Shown: positions 27,738-36,666 of the stretch, piece after piece
Layout of the letters: every line of letters begins with the position of its first letter
Numbering within the stretch: the first letter of the stretch is position 1
Assembly (NCBI GenBank): GCA_041690595.1
Contig: JAWLHB010000056.1
Location: 1 to 46,073 of the forward strand
From: Lentisphaeria bacterium
GTDB taxonomy: Bacteria; Verrucomicrobiota; Lentisphaeria; JABSQK01; JAWLHB01
Reading direction: 5' to 3'
Length of the DNA: 46,073 bases
Notes under the pieces: generated by a model
Told to the model about the DNA's origin: nothing
What the model saw: the letters and a program-made list of their open reading frames with translations, nothing else
Databases searched by the model: none
Translations under genes and position numbers: made by a program

Positions 27738-28780
27738 CAGCGCTCCAGATTGACGTGGGCGCGCATCAGCTCGCCGGGATTGGTTTGCGCGGCCAGAAGG
27801 GAGATCTCTCCACAGAGGACGGCCCCGGCCACGATCGCAGCCAAGCGCCGGGCATTTCCGCCAGCGGGACGATGCTCCAGGCAGCCAAGTGCCTGAAGGT
27901 TCTCCTGCACGAAGGGATGTCCCTTGCCGTTGCCCACGGTCCCGACGATGATGTTGGGCAGGGTGACCGAAAAGTAGAGGCTTTCCCCGCGCACTTCGGC
28001 GTGCACGATGCCCTGAGATCCTTCGATGATGTTGGCGGCATCCTGACCCGTCGCCAGATAGATGGCCAGGAGCATGTTGGCAAAGTGGGCGTTGGCGGTC
28101 TGCACGCCGCCGGCGGCAATGGTGCCGAGAAGATTCTTGCGCACGTGGAGCTGCACCAAGCGCTCCGGCGTCGTCTTCAGGAAGCGGCGACAGAGCTTGT
28201 CGGAAATATGGCATTCCGCGATGGTGTACTTGCCCCGGCCCATCAGGCTATTGACGCTGGAGACTTTCTTGTCGATGCAGAAGTTGCCGGAGATCGAGCC
28301 ATAGGTAAGCTCAGGATACCGGTCCAGGAGCCAACTCATGATGCGGTCCGCCGCCAGCGTGACCATATTGTGGCCGGACGCATCGCCGGTGCTCAACTCC
28401 AGGCGAACCCAGAGGAGGTCGCCGATCTGGTGCGTATGCACATCGAGAAGCTGCCCAAAACGACTGGTCTCTCCGACAAGCCGCGCGAGGGTCGCTCGCT
28501 GATCCGCCAGTTCTACGCCCAGACGCGCGGCGGCCGCCGCAGTGGGGGCCTGTAGGAGAATGGAGCGGGTCATGCGATCGTCGACGATGACGACGCTGAT
28601 GCCTTCGGCGGCACGGGTCACCGCAGCGCCACGATTGACCGATGGCCACAGCGGCGTCTCGAAAGTCGCCAGCGGGACCATGATCTCGTCGTCGATTTCA
28701 GCTCCGGTCAGGCGCAGGGGACCGACACTGCGCATGGGTATGCACGCCAGCGAGTCAGGTATGCTGTGTTCCTTGCTCAT
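27737..28780 (-). CDS. hmgA: Class I hydroxymethylglutaryl-CoA reductase (short bacterial form)
   Basis: VPLATFE..L..S..RG, TGDASGHNM, SGNFCIDKK, GRGK, ATGQD.A, GTVG.G, GEISL, C-terminal His. Confidence 0.88.
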   Translation of the reverse strand: MSKEHSIPDSLACIPMRSVGPLRLTGAEIDDEIMVPLATFETPLWPSVNRGAAVTRAAEGISVVIVDDRMTRSILLQAPTAAAAARLGVELADQRATLARLVGETSRFGQLLDVHTHQIGDLLWVRLELSTGDASGHNMVTLAADRIMSWLLDRYPELTYGSISGNFCIDKKVSSVNSLMGRGKYTIAECHISDKLCRRFLKTTPERLVQLHVRKNLLGTIAAGGVQTANAHFANMLLAIYLATGQDAANIIEGSQGIVHAEVRGESLYFSVTLPNIIVGTVGNGKGHPFVQENLQALGCLEHRPAGGNARRLAAIVAGAVLCGEISLLAAQTNPGELMRAHVNLER

Positions 28781-28884
28781 ATGGTATCACTATTAAGCCT
28801 GCGCGCGCCGAATTCAAGACGCGACCAACCCGGACGGGTAATGCTTCCGTGACGGGGCACTGCTCGCCCGCCGTTCCAGGAAGC

Positions 28885-29292
28885 TCATCCCCCTTTTCGC
28901 TGAGGCATAGCCTCGGCCGTCGCCCTGAACGTGAAGGGATCGCACGCTGCCTGCCGTACCGACACCTCCGGATGCTTTTGGGCGGCGTCACCCGCCAAAC
29001 TCGATATGGGCAGCAGCGCAAAAATCGCCACCAGCAGCACCGCGTTGAGGCCAACGCCCACCATACTCCGAAAAAAAGTGTCGCGCCAATCCTTTCTCTT
29101 CGGCCCAAACAGGCCGACGATGCCCAGGACCAGCCCCGCAACCAGAACCGCGATTGAAATGTAACCGACGATCACCTCGGTTTCCCGCGGCGGGTTCATC
29201 ATCCGCGCCGCAATGTTCGCCATCACTGTCATGATCGGTGCCCATAGACTGACCTCCGCGGCATATACCGTGAATGGCTCCTTCTCACTCAT
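28885..29292 (-). CDS. Small hypothetical membrane protein (about 3 transmembrane helices)
   Basis: RBS AGGAGGAG; three hydrophobic segments. Confidence 0.65.
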   Translation of the reverse strand: MSEKEPFTVYAAEVSLWAPIMTVMANIAARMMNPPRETEVIVGYISIAVLVAGLVLGIVGLFGPKRKDWRDTFFRSMVGVGLNAVLLVAIFALLPISSLAGDAAQKHPEVSVRQAACDPFTFRATAEAMPQRKGG

Positions 29293-29369
29293 GACTCCTC
29301 CTCCTGTGCTGTCTCTCTTTGCGCTGCACCCGGTGCACCCTCCCGCGCATTAGATGCATATACTTCAGG

Positions 29370-29398
29370 AAGATAGACAGATCATCCATCCATGTCAA
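29370..29398 (-). promoter_or_regulatory. Sigma70-type promoter TTGACA-N17-TATCTT
   Basis: Perfect -35, 17-bp spacer and 4/6 -10 on the minus strand, ~80 bp upstream of the 29292 ATG, in an AT-rich gap. Confidence 0.6.
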
Positions 29399-29519
29399 TC
29401 ATGATCACAGTAAAATATTATTATGCCCTTGGAATCACTCCAAGTCTATACACGTTCCCCAAGAGAAGCAAAGCACACCAACCACACCAACTGTGAATCA
29501 GCGTGGCGAACAGTGGGGA

Positions 29520-30869
29520 CTACGGGTGTTGACTGAGGCCGTAGTCATCGATCTTCTTGCGTAGCGTTGGGCGAGAGATGCCAAGCCGTTCCGCCGTGTG
29601 GGTGATGTTCCACTGGCAGGCCTGCAAGGCGGCCAGTACGTGGCGCTGCTCTACGTCGGCAAGGGGAAGGATCTCCTCTTCGCTCCGCGGCGGTCGCAGA
29701 TACCCGGTTCGATCTTCCATGTTCAGATCCTCTTCCTGAAGAATATCCCCTTTGGTGAGCGCCGTAGCCCTCGTGAGAATATTCTCCAGTTCCCGGACGT
29801 TGCCGGGCCAGTCGTACGCCTGCAGCCGACGTATCGCGGCGCGGCTGACACCCCGAAGGTTCCGATGCAGATCCCGGCAGATCCGCCACAGCAAGTGGAT
29901 GACAAGAAGCTCGATATCTCCCTTCCGGCTGCGCAGCGGGGGCACCTGCAGCCGCGTAACCGCCAGCCGATAGTAAAGATCTTCGCGAAAGGTACCTGCC
30001 GCAATCATCTCTTCCAGATTGCGATGCGTCACCGCAAGGATCCTCGCCTGGAAGGGCTGCGCCCTCGTGCCGCCCACCGGCGTGAACTCCCGCTCCTGGA
30101 TGACCCGCAAAAGCTTGGGCTGCAGATCCAGTGGCAAGTCCCCAATCTCGTCCAGAAAGAGCGTCCCCTCATCCGCGAATGCCAACTTCCCGGCCTTCGT
30201 TTCGCTGGCCCCCGTGAAAGCCCCCTTCACGTGACCGAAAAGCTCGCTCTCCAGCAGGGTCGGCACCATTGCCGTGCAGTTGATCGCGACGAATGGCGCA
30301 TCCGGGCAGGTGGTCTCGTGCAACGCGCGCCCCACTACCTCTTTCCCCGTACCGCTCTCCCCCTCGATCAGCACGTTGACGCGGCTGCGCGACAACAGCC
30401 CGATCTGTTTCAGCAACTCCAGGATCGCCGGATCGGCACCCACCATCTCCCGCGGATTCTCGGAAATACGCCGCAGCGGGATGATCTCTACCGCCCGGTT
30501 GGGCGGCTCCTCCGCGCGGCTCAGCCCCGCGATGATATCCAGAACCGCGGTCAGCGGAAACGGCTTCCGCAGGTAGTCGATCACCCCCTGCCGCACCGCC
30601 TGGATATTGGCCTGCATGTCCTGTTCGCCGGTGATCATGACTACCGGTGCATCCACGCCGTTCGCCGCCAGTCGCCGCATCACGTCGAGCCCATCCGTCT
30701 CCCGCAGCTTCAAGTCGAGCAGGATCAACTCCGGTGCCATTGCCTGAGCAGCCTGAAGCCCGTCGACGGCGGTATGGGCAATCGTCACCTCATGATCCGC
30801 CATCTCCAGCTGGATCTGCAGTGAGCGGCTGAAGTCGCGGTCGTCATCGATGATCAGAATCCTGCTCAT
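29520..30869 (-). CDS. Sigma54-dependent response regulator (NtrC/ZraR family)
   Basis: Receiver domain (IIDDD, LLDL), GESGTGKE, ESELFGHVKGAFTGA, LFLDEIGD, WPGNVREL, Fis-type HTH. Confidence 0.95.
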   Translation of the reverse strand: MSRILIIDDDRDFSRSLQIQLEMADHEVTIAHTAVDGLQAAQAMAPELILLDLKLRETDGLDVMRRLAANGVDAPVVMITGEQDMQANIQAVRQGVIDYLRKPFPLTAVLDIIAGLSRAEEPPNRAVEIIPLRRISENPREMVGADPAILELLKQIGLLSRSRVNVLIEGESGTGKEVVGRALHETTCPDAPFVAINCTAMVPTLLESELFGHVKGAFTGASETKAGKLAFADEGTLFLDEIGDLPLDLQPKLLRVIQEREFTPVGGTRAQPFQARILAVTHRNLEEMIAAGTFREDLYYRLAVTRLQVPPLRSRKGDIELLVIHLLWRICRDLHRNLRGVSRAAIRRLQAYDWPGNVRELENILTRATALTKGDILQEEDLNMEDRTGYLRPPRSEEEILPLADVEQRHVLAALQACQWNITHTAERLGISRPTLRKKIDDYGLSQHP

Positions 30870-32632
30870 ACGGAGCCTCCCTTATGCCTCGGCAGCCGGA
30901 CGATGAAGGTACTGCCACCACGCTCCCCGGCGTCTGAGAGCTCGATCGAGCCATGGTGCAACTCCACGATCTTCTTGACGATCGCCAGCCCCAGACCGGT
31001 CCCATCCGCGCGCGTCGTGAAGAAGGGACGGAAAATCTTCTCGCGCATCTCCTCCGGAATCCCCGGCCCCCGATCTTCCACCTCGAGCACCGCCTGCCCC
31101 AAGTGCCCAGACAGCGTGATCTCTACCGCCCCGCCGCCCGGCTGCACATGAATCGCATTCTCCACCAGATTGATCAGAACCCGGAACACCTGTTCGCGAT
31201 CCACCGCGGCAACCACCGGACTTTCCGGCAGATGCGGCTTAATCGAGACCCCGCTCTCCGTCGCCATCCCCCGGCACACCTCGAGCGCATCCTCCACGAC
31301 GCCCCGCAACTCCTGCTCCTCGATCCGCAGCTCCAGCGGCTTGCTGAAGGTGAGAAGATTGTTGAGCATGCTCTGCAGCCGCAACGTCTGCCGCTGCGCA
31401 AGCAGGTGAAGCTCCGCCAGCTTCGGCTCGTCTTCCAGCTTCCGCCGCATCGCCTCCAGGTTCATCTGGATCGTATTGACCGGGTTCCGCATCTCGTGAA
31501 CCACGCTCGCGCTCAACTCCCCGACAGCCGCGAGAGCCCCCGCCTGCACCAGTTGCCGCTGCGTCTCCTGCAGCCGGTCGAGCATGGTATTGAACGCTTC
31601 CGCCAGGTGATTCGCCTCCTGCCCCGGCTGGTCCCCAAGCCGTTGCTCCATCGAACCGTTCGCCACCCGCCGGCAGGTCGCCGTCATCGTTTGCAGAGGC
31701 TTGCCGAGCAGCTTGGCGCTGCCAAGGGCAAGCAGCACAATCAGCAGGATCACACCCGCCCCCGACATCGCCGCGCGATGCAGCAGAAAGCGCAACATGG
31801 CAAACGCTTCCGACTCCGCCATCTCCACCACCAGCAGCCAGCCGAAGCGTGGCAGCATTGCACCCATGCCGATCACGGGCGTCTTCTCCTCGTCAAGATA
31901 ATGGAAAAGCAGACCTTCCCGCTCCTGCATCGCCGTTATCGGCAGCGCCCCGGCAACAGCCCCGTGATCGTGCCCGCCCTCGACAGCACCCAGTCGCCGG
32001 CCGCTCTCCAGATTGACCAGGTACGACTTCATGGTCGACCCCGGTGACGCCCGCTCCTCGAGGTCGCTCACCGCCTTGTCCACGTGGATCATCGCCAGCA
32101 GATAGCCCGCCGCATCGCCTCCCTCGCCAAGTATCGGGCTGCTCGCCACGACTGTCATGTCGTCATGCCGATGGCCATAGGGCGCGAGGTGCCACGCCAC
32201 TCCAATCGACTCTCCCAACTGTGCCAGGAGCACAGGGGCCAGCCGCGCCTCCCGGTCTCCGCCGCTTGACGCCACCAGTTCGCCGGACAGGTTGTAAAGC
32301 GCCACCTCCTCCAGATGCGATTCCGGGCCCTCGACCTCGCGCAGATAGTCGTCCAGCCGCGGACTCGCGGTTGGCTGCCGCAGTGCATCGCGAAGAATCG
32401 GGCTGCTCGCTATCAGCTGCAGAATACTGGCTCGGCTCTCCACCCAACTGTCGATATGCTCGCGCTGCTGCGCCAGGATGAGGCGAAAGGTCTCCCGCTG
32501 CATGTCCATCACCCCTTCATGCGCGCAATGAAGGCTCTGCAGCGTTACGACGACGAGGGTCACGATGCCGACGATCAGCATCGCCACCAGCATCTGCACC
32601 CGGATGGATGTACGTTTGAGCAGGGCTATCAT
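30866..32632 (-). CDS. Membrane sensor histidine kinase (Cache-like periplasmic domain, HAMP)
   Basis: Two transmembrane helices, HAMP (LAEAFNTM), H-box VVHEMRNP, NLVENA, DRGPGI, FFTT, GTGLGL. Confidence 0.93.
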   Translation of the reverse strand: MIALLKRTSIRVQMLVAMLIVGIVTLVVVTLQSLHCAHEGVMDMQRETFRLILAQQREHIDSWVESRASILQLIASSPILRDALRQPTASPRLDDYLREVEGPESHLEEVALYNLSGELVASSGGDREARLAPVLLAQLGESIGVAWHLAPYGHRHDDMTVVASSPILGEGGDAAGYLLAMIHVDKAVSDLEERASPGSTMKSYLVNLESGRRLGAVEGGHDHGAVAGALPITAMQEREGLLFHYLDEEKTPVIGMGAMLPRFGWLLVVEMAESEAFAMLRFLLHRAAMSGAGVILLIVLLALGSAKLLGKPLQTMTATCRRVANGSMEQRLGDQPGQEANHLAEAFNTMLDRLQETQRQLVQAGALAAVGELSASVVHEMRNPVNTIQMNLEAMRRKLEDEPKLAELHLLAQRQTLRLQSMLNNLLTFSKPLELRIEEQELRGVVEDALEVCRGMATESGVSIKPHLPESPVVAAVDREQVFRVLINLVENAIHVQPGGGAVEITLSGHLGQAVLEVEDRGPGIPEEMREKIFRPFFTTRADGTGLGLAIVKKIVELHHGSIELSDAGERGGSTFIVRLPRHKGGSV

Positions 32633-35600
32633 GGTGTTGGATCATCGCCGGTCACCCGGAAACGAAGCTCCTGCAACCAGCAGAAAAGAACTGGAACCGT
32701 GAACATGGTCATGACCTCGATCAACATACCTCCGAATGAGGGTATCGCCATGGGAACCATGATGTCCGACCCCCGCCCCGTCGACGTGAGAACCGGCAGC
32801 AGCGCCAGCAGCGTCGTTGCCGTCGTCATCAGGCAAGGCCGCACCCGGCGCAGCGCGCCCGCCACCGTCGCTTCCCGAATCCCTTCGATGCTGCCCGTCG
32901 GCGTCGTCTCCGCGCTCTGCTTCAGGTACGTCGTCATCACCACCCCGTCATCCGAAGCAATGCCGAAAAGCGCCAGGAAGCCAACCCAGACCGCCACGCT
33001 CAAGTTCACCGTGTTGATCTGGAACAGCTCCCGAAGATCGATCCCAAACGGCGACACGTCCAGAAACCAGCTCTGCCCGTACAGCCAGAGCAGCATGAAG
33101 CCCCCCGACCACGCCACGATGATCCCCGAAAAAACGATCCCCGTCAACGCCACCGAACGAAACTGGAAGTAGAGGAGCAAAAAGATGATGAAGAGCGAAA
33201 GCGGCAGCACCACGCTCAGCGTCTTCGTCGCCCGCAGCTGGTTTTTGTAACTGCCCGCAAACTCGTAACGCACTCCCGGCGGCACCACCAGCTCGTTGGC
33301 CGCGATCCGCTCGCGCAGAAACTGCTGTGCATCCTCCACCACGTCCACCTCCGCATAGCCACTCCGTTTGTCGAAGAGCACGTAGCCCGTCAGGAAGGTA
33401 TCCTCGCTCTTGATCATCTGCGGACCGCGTGTATACCGGATCTCCGCCAGTTGCGACAGCGGTACCTGCTGCCCTCCCATGCCCGGCACCAGGATGCGCT
33501 CCAGATCGTCGATCGAATCCCGCAGCTCCCGAAGATAACGCACCCGCACCGGATAACGCTCGCGCCCTTCGATGGTGCTCGTCGTCGTCATGCCCCCGAT
33601 CGCCACCTCGATCACCATCTGCACCATCTCGATCGGAATCCCGTAACGCGCGATTGCCTGCCGGTCGATGTCAATCTCCAGGTAGGGCTTGCCGACAATG
33701 CGATCCGCCGTCACCGCTTCCGCCTTCACGGTCGGCACCTGCTTGAGCAGCCGCTCCAGCTCCAGCCCGAACGCCTCCACGGTCGCCAGATTTGGCCCCT
33801 GCACCTTGATCCCCATGGGCGCCCGCATGCCACTTTGCAGCATCACAATGCGCGCCGCGATCGGCTGCAGCTTTGGCGCCGACGTCGTCCCCGGTATTTC
33901 GCCGGCCACCAGGATCTCCTCCCAGATGTCGTCGGGGTTGCGGATACCCGGCCAGGCCTCGCGCTCCGCATTGAGCGCCGGGTCCAGCGGCATGCGCCAC
34001 AGGCGGAAAGGCATCCCGTTCTTGTCTTCGATGAGCCGCCCATCTTCATCGCGCTCAAAGCGTCCCCGCACCTTGTACGGCTCCCCGTCCGGCGCCGCCA
34101 GCGGCTCCCCCGCCACGTTCCGGAAGAAGTCGACCTCCCCCGGTTTGAACCGGAAGCGTTGGCGCAACCCTTTATCGTCCAGAAGGTATTCCGACGAATA
34201 GTTGATAATCGTTTCGATCATCGAGATCGGCGCGGGATCGAGCGGCGTCTCCGCCCGCCCCAGCTTCCCGATGGCCGCCTCGATCTCGGGGATCCCGTTG
34301 AACGCCATATCCTGCTTCTGCATCACGTCATGCACTTCGCCGATCGACGCATGCGGCATCGTCGTTGGCATGTACAGGAAAGACCCCTCATCCAGATCGG
34401 GCATGAACTCCTTTCCCAGACCCGGAAACGCATGAACCACCGTCGAATAGAGCCCCGTCCGGCGCACCGGCTCCGGCATCCAGTCCAGGAAGCGCGGCGC
34501 CCCGAGCCAGATCACCCCCCCCAGCAGTACCATCAGCACCGGCAGGCTGACAAAGACCAGCTTGTGCACAAGAAACCAGCGCAGCACCGGCTCGTACACC
34601 TTCTCGAAAAGCACGAAAGACGCCAGCAGCACCCCGATCGGCACCATCACCACCAGCGCATTGGCCACAAAGCCCGCCTGCGGTCCCAGTGGCAGCCAGT
34701 GCATCGTCAGCAACACCCCTACCAGCACCGCAATGACATAGTTCGACGACAACGTCAGCACCCGTGTCACTCGCGGCGGCAGGAACTCTATCGCCAGGTG
34801 CCATAGCGCGATCGCCAGAACGATCGCCCCCATCCACCAACTCCATGTCACCCAGATCACCACCCCCGCCACGCTCAGCGCGATCAGGCTACCGCGTCGC
34901 AAACGCCGCGAATCGATGCGGAAGCCGAACAGCCAGTGCGCCAGCGCCGGCACGATCGTCAGCGCCACGATCACCGACGCAATCAACGCGAAAGTCTTCG
35001 TGAACGCCAGCGGCCGGAAAAGCTTTCCCTCCGCCGCGATCATGGTAAAGACCGGAAGGAAGCTCACCACCGTCGTCAGAATCGCCGTCACCACCGCACT
35101 GCCCACTTCGCTCGCCGCCCGGTGAATGACCTCCAGGCGGTTCTCACCTGGATCCGCCTCGTCCATATGTTTCAAAATGTTTTCACAGACAATCACCCCC
35201 ATATCCACGATCGTCCCGATCGCGATCGCGATTCCCGAAAGCGCCACCACATTCGCATCCACCCCGAAAACCTTCATCGCGATGAAGCACATCAAGACGG
35301 CCAGCGGCAGCGTGATGCTGATGATCATCGAACTGCGCAGATGCATCACCATGATCAAGATCACAATGATGGTCACCAGGATCTGGTCGGTCAACGCCGT
35401 ATTCAGCGTGCCAAGCGTTTCGTTGATGAGGCCGGTGCGGTCATACAGCGGCACAATGGTCACCTTGCTCAGCTCCAGCCATTCCGGCCACTCTTCCGCA
35501 CCAATTCCCTTCGCCCACCGAAGCCATTCCGTCTGGTTGAGCGTCTCATCCACGTAACCCTCGAACCCATGCGTCAGCGCGAACTCACGCACCTCCGCCT

Positions 35601-36666
35601 TGCTGACCTTGCTGTAGTCCACCACCGTCTTCTCCGGCAGCCCCGGTGTGATCAGCTCGATCTTCTTCTTCAGATTCTTGATTGCCGCCAGCGGATTCTC
35701 CCCGTAGCGCACCACCGCGATGCCACCCACCGCTTCCGCGCCTCCCTTGTCCAGCACCCCGCGGCGAAGCGCCGGCCCCAGCCCCACCACCGCCACGTTC
35801 CGCACGTACACCGGAACATTGTCCATCACCTTGATCACCGAATTCTCGATATCCGCCACATCCGTGATGAAACCCAGCCCCCGTATCACATACTCCACCT
35901 GATTGATCTCGATCGTGCGCGCGCCAACATCCAGATTCGACATCTTCACCGCGTTGAAAACATCGTCCAGGGTCACGCCGTATGCCCGCATCGCATCGGG
36001 ATCCACGTCGATCTGGTATTCCTGCACATACCCGCCCACCGAAGCCACCTCGCTGATCCCCTCCGCCGCCAGCAGCCCATAACGCACGTACCAGTCCTGG
36101 ATCGACCGCAGCTCATGCAGATCCCACCCCCCCATCGGATTTCCCGCCGAATCACGTCCTTCCAGCGTATACCAGTAGACCTGCCCCAGCGCCGTCGCAT
36201 CTGGACCAAGCGCTGGTCGTACCCCCTCCGGCAATGACCCAGGCGACAGGCTGCTAAGCTTCTCCAGCACCCGCGACCGCGACCAGTAGAACTCCACGTC
36301 CTCATCGAAGATGATATAGATCGTCGAGAACCCGAACATCGAGAACGTCCGCACCGTCTGCACCCCGGGTATCCCCAGCATCGCCACCGTCAGCGGATAA
36401 CTGATCTGGTCCTCGACATCCTGCGGCGACCGCCCCATCCATTGGGTGAAGACGATCTGCTGATTCTCCCCGATGTCCGGTATCGCGTCCACCGGCACCG
36501 GATCGCGCGGCAGCCAGTCGATTTCCCAATCGAAAGGTGCCACCATGATGCCCCAGAATACCGTCCCCAGCACCAGCAGCATCACGACCAGCTTGTTGGT
36601 GAGGCAGAATCCTATCAGCTTGCTGATCAGGCCCGTGGGCGGAGGATTGACTGGCTGTGGCGTCAC
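32629..36666 (-). CDS. cusA: CusA/SilA-type heavy-metal RND efflux permease (long form, 1345 aa)
   Basis: DAIPDIGENQ, GPDATALG, LSGIAIAIG..VD, EG.LF.PLAFTKT; Met-triad equivalents FLYMPT, DPAPISMIET and RIVML; RVRPCLMT. Confidence 0.92.
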   Translation of the reverse strand: MTPQPVNPPPTGLISKLIGFCLTNKLVVMLLVLGTVFWGIMVAPFDWEIDWLPRDPVPVDAIPDIGENQQIVFTQWMGRSPQDVEDQISYPLTVAMLGIPGVQTVRTFSMFGFSTIYIIFDEDVEFYWSRSRVLEKLSSLSPGSLPEGVRPALGPDATALGQVYWYTLEGRDSAGNPMGGWDLHELRSIQDWYVRYGLLAAEGISEVASVGGYVQEYQIDVDPDAMRAYGVTLDDVFNAVKMSNLDVGARTIEINQVEYVIRGLGFITDVADIENSVIKVMDNVPVYVRNVAVVGLGPALRRGVLDKGGAEAVGGIAVVRYGENPLAAIKNLKKKIELITPGLPEKTVVDYSKVSKAEVREFALTHGFEGYVDETLNQTEWLRWAKGIGAEEWPEWLELSKVTIVPLYDRTGLINETLGTLNTALTDQILVTIIVILIMVMHLRSSMIISITLPLAVLMCFIAMKVFGVDANVVALSGIAIAIGTIVDMGVIVCENILKHMDEADPGENRLEVIHRAASEVGSAVVTAILTTVVSFLPVFTMIAAEGKLFRPLAFTKTFALIASVIVALTIVPALAHWLFGFRIDSRRLRRGSLIALSVAGVVIWVTWSWWMGAIVLAIALWHLAIEFLPPRVTRVLTLSSNYVIAVLVGVLLTMHWLPLGPQAGFVANALVVMVPIGVLLASFVLFEKVYEPVLRWFLVHKLVFVSLPVLMVLLGGVIWLGAPRFLDWMPEPVRRTGLYSTVVHAFPGLGKEFMPDLDEGSFLYMPTTMPHASIGEVHDVMQKQDMAFNGIPEIEAAIGKLGRAETPLDPAPISMIETIINYSSEYLLDDKGLRQRFRFKPGEVDFFRNVAGEPLAAPDGEPYKVRGRFERDEDGRLIEDKNGMPFRLWRMPLDPALNAEREAWPGIRNPDDIWEEILVAGEIPGTTSAPKLQPIAARIVMLQSGMRAPMGIKVQGPNLATVEAFGLELERLLKQVPTVKAEAVTADRIVGKPYLEIDIDRQAIARYGIPIEMVQMVIEVAIGGMTTTSTIEGRERYPVRVRYLRELRDSIDDLERILVPGMGGQQVPLSQLAEIRYTRGPQMIKSEDTFLTGYVLFDKRSGYAEVDVVEDAQQFLRERIAANELVVPPGVRYEFAGSYKNQLRATKTLSVVLPLSLFIIFLLLYFQFRSVALTGIVFSGIIVAWSGGFMLLWLYGQSWFLDVSPFGIDLRELFQINTVNLSVAVWVGFLALFGIASDDGVVMTTYLKQSAETTPTGSIEGIREATVAGALRRVRPCLMTTATTLLALLPVLTSTGRGSDIMVPMAIPSFGGMLIEVMTMFTVPVLFCWLQELRFRVTGDDPTP

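Noticed and set aside
26709..28214. 501-aa version of fni, and similarly extended starts for ORFs at 11072, 12244, 14927, 16548, 25365, 40864, 42723 and 44902
   Set aside because: The extensions overlap neighbouring genes or lack an RBS. Internal starts with an RBS or stop/start coupling fit better, so these are not fusions.
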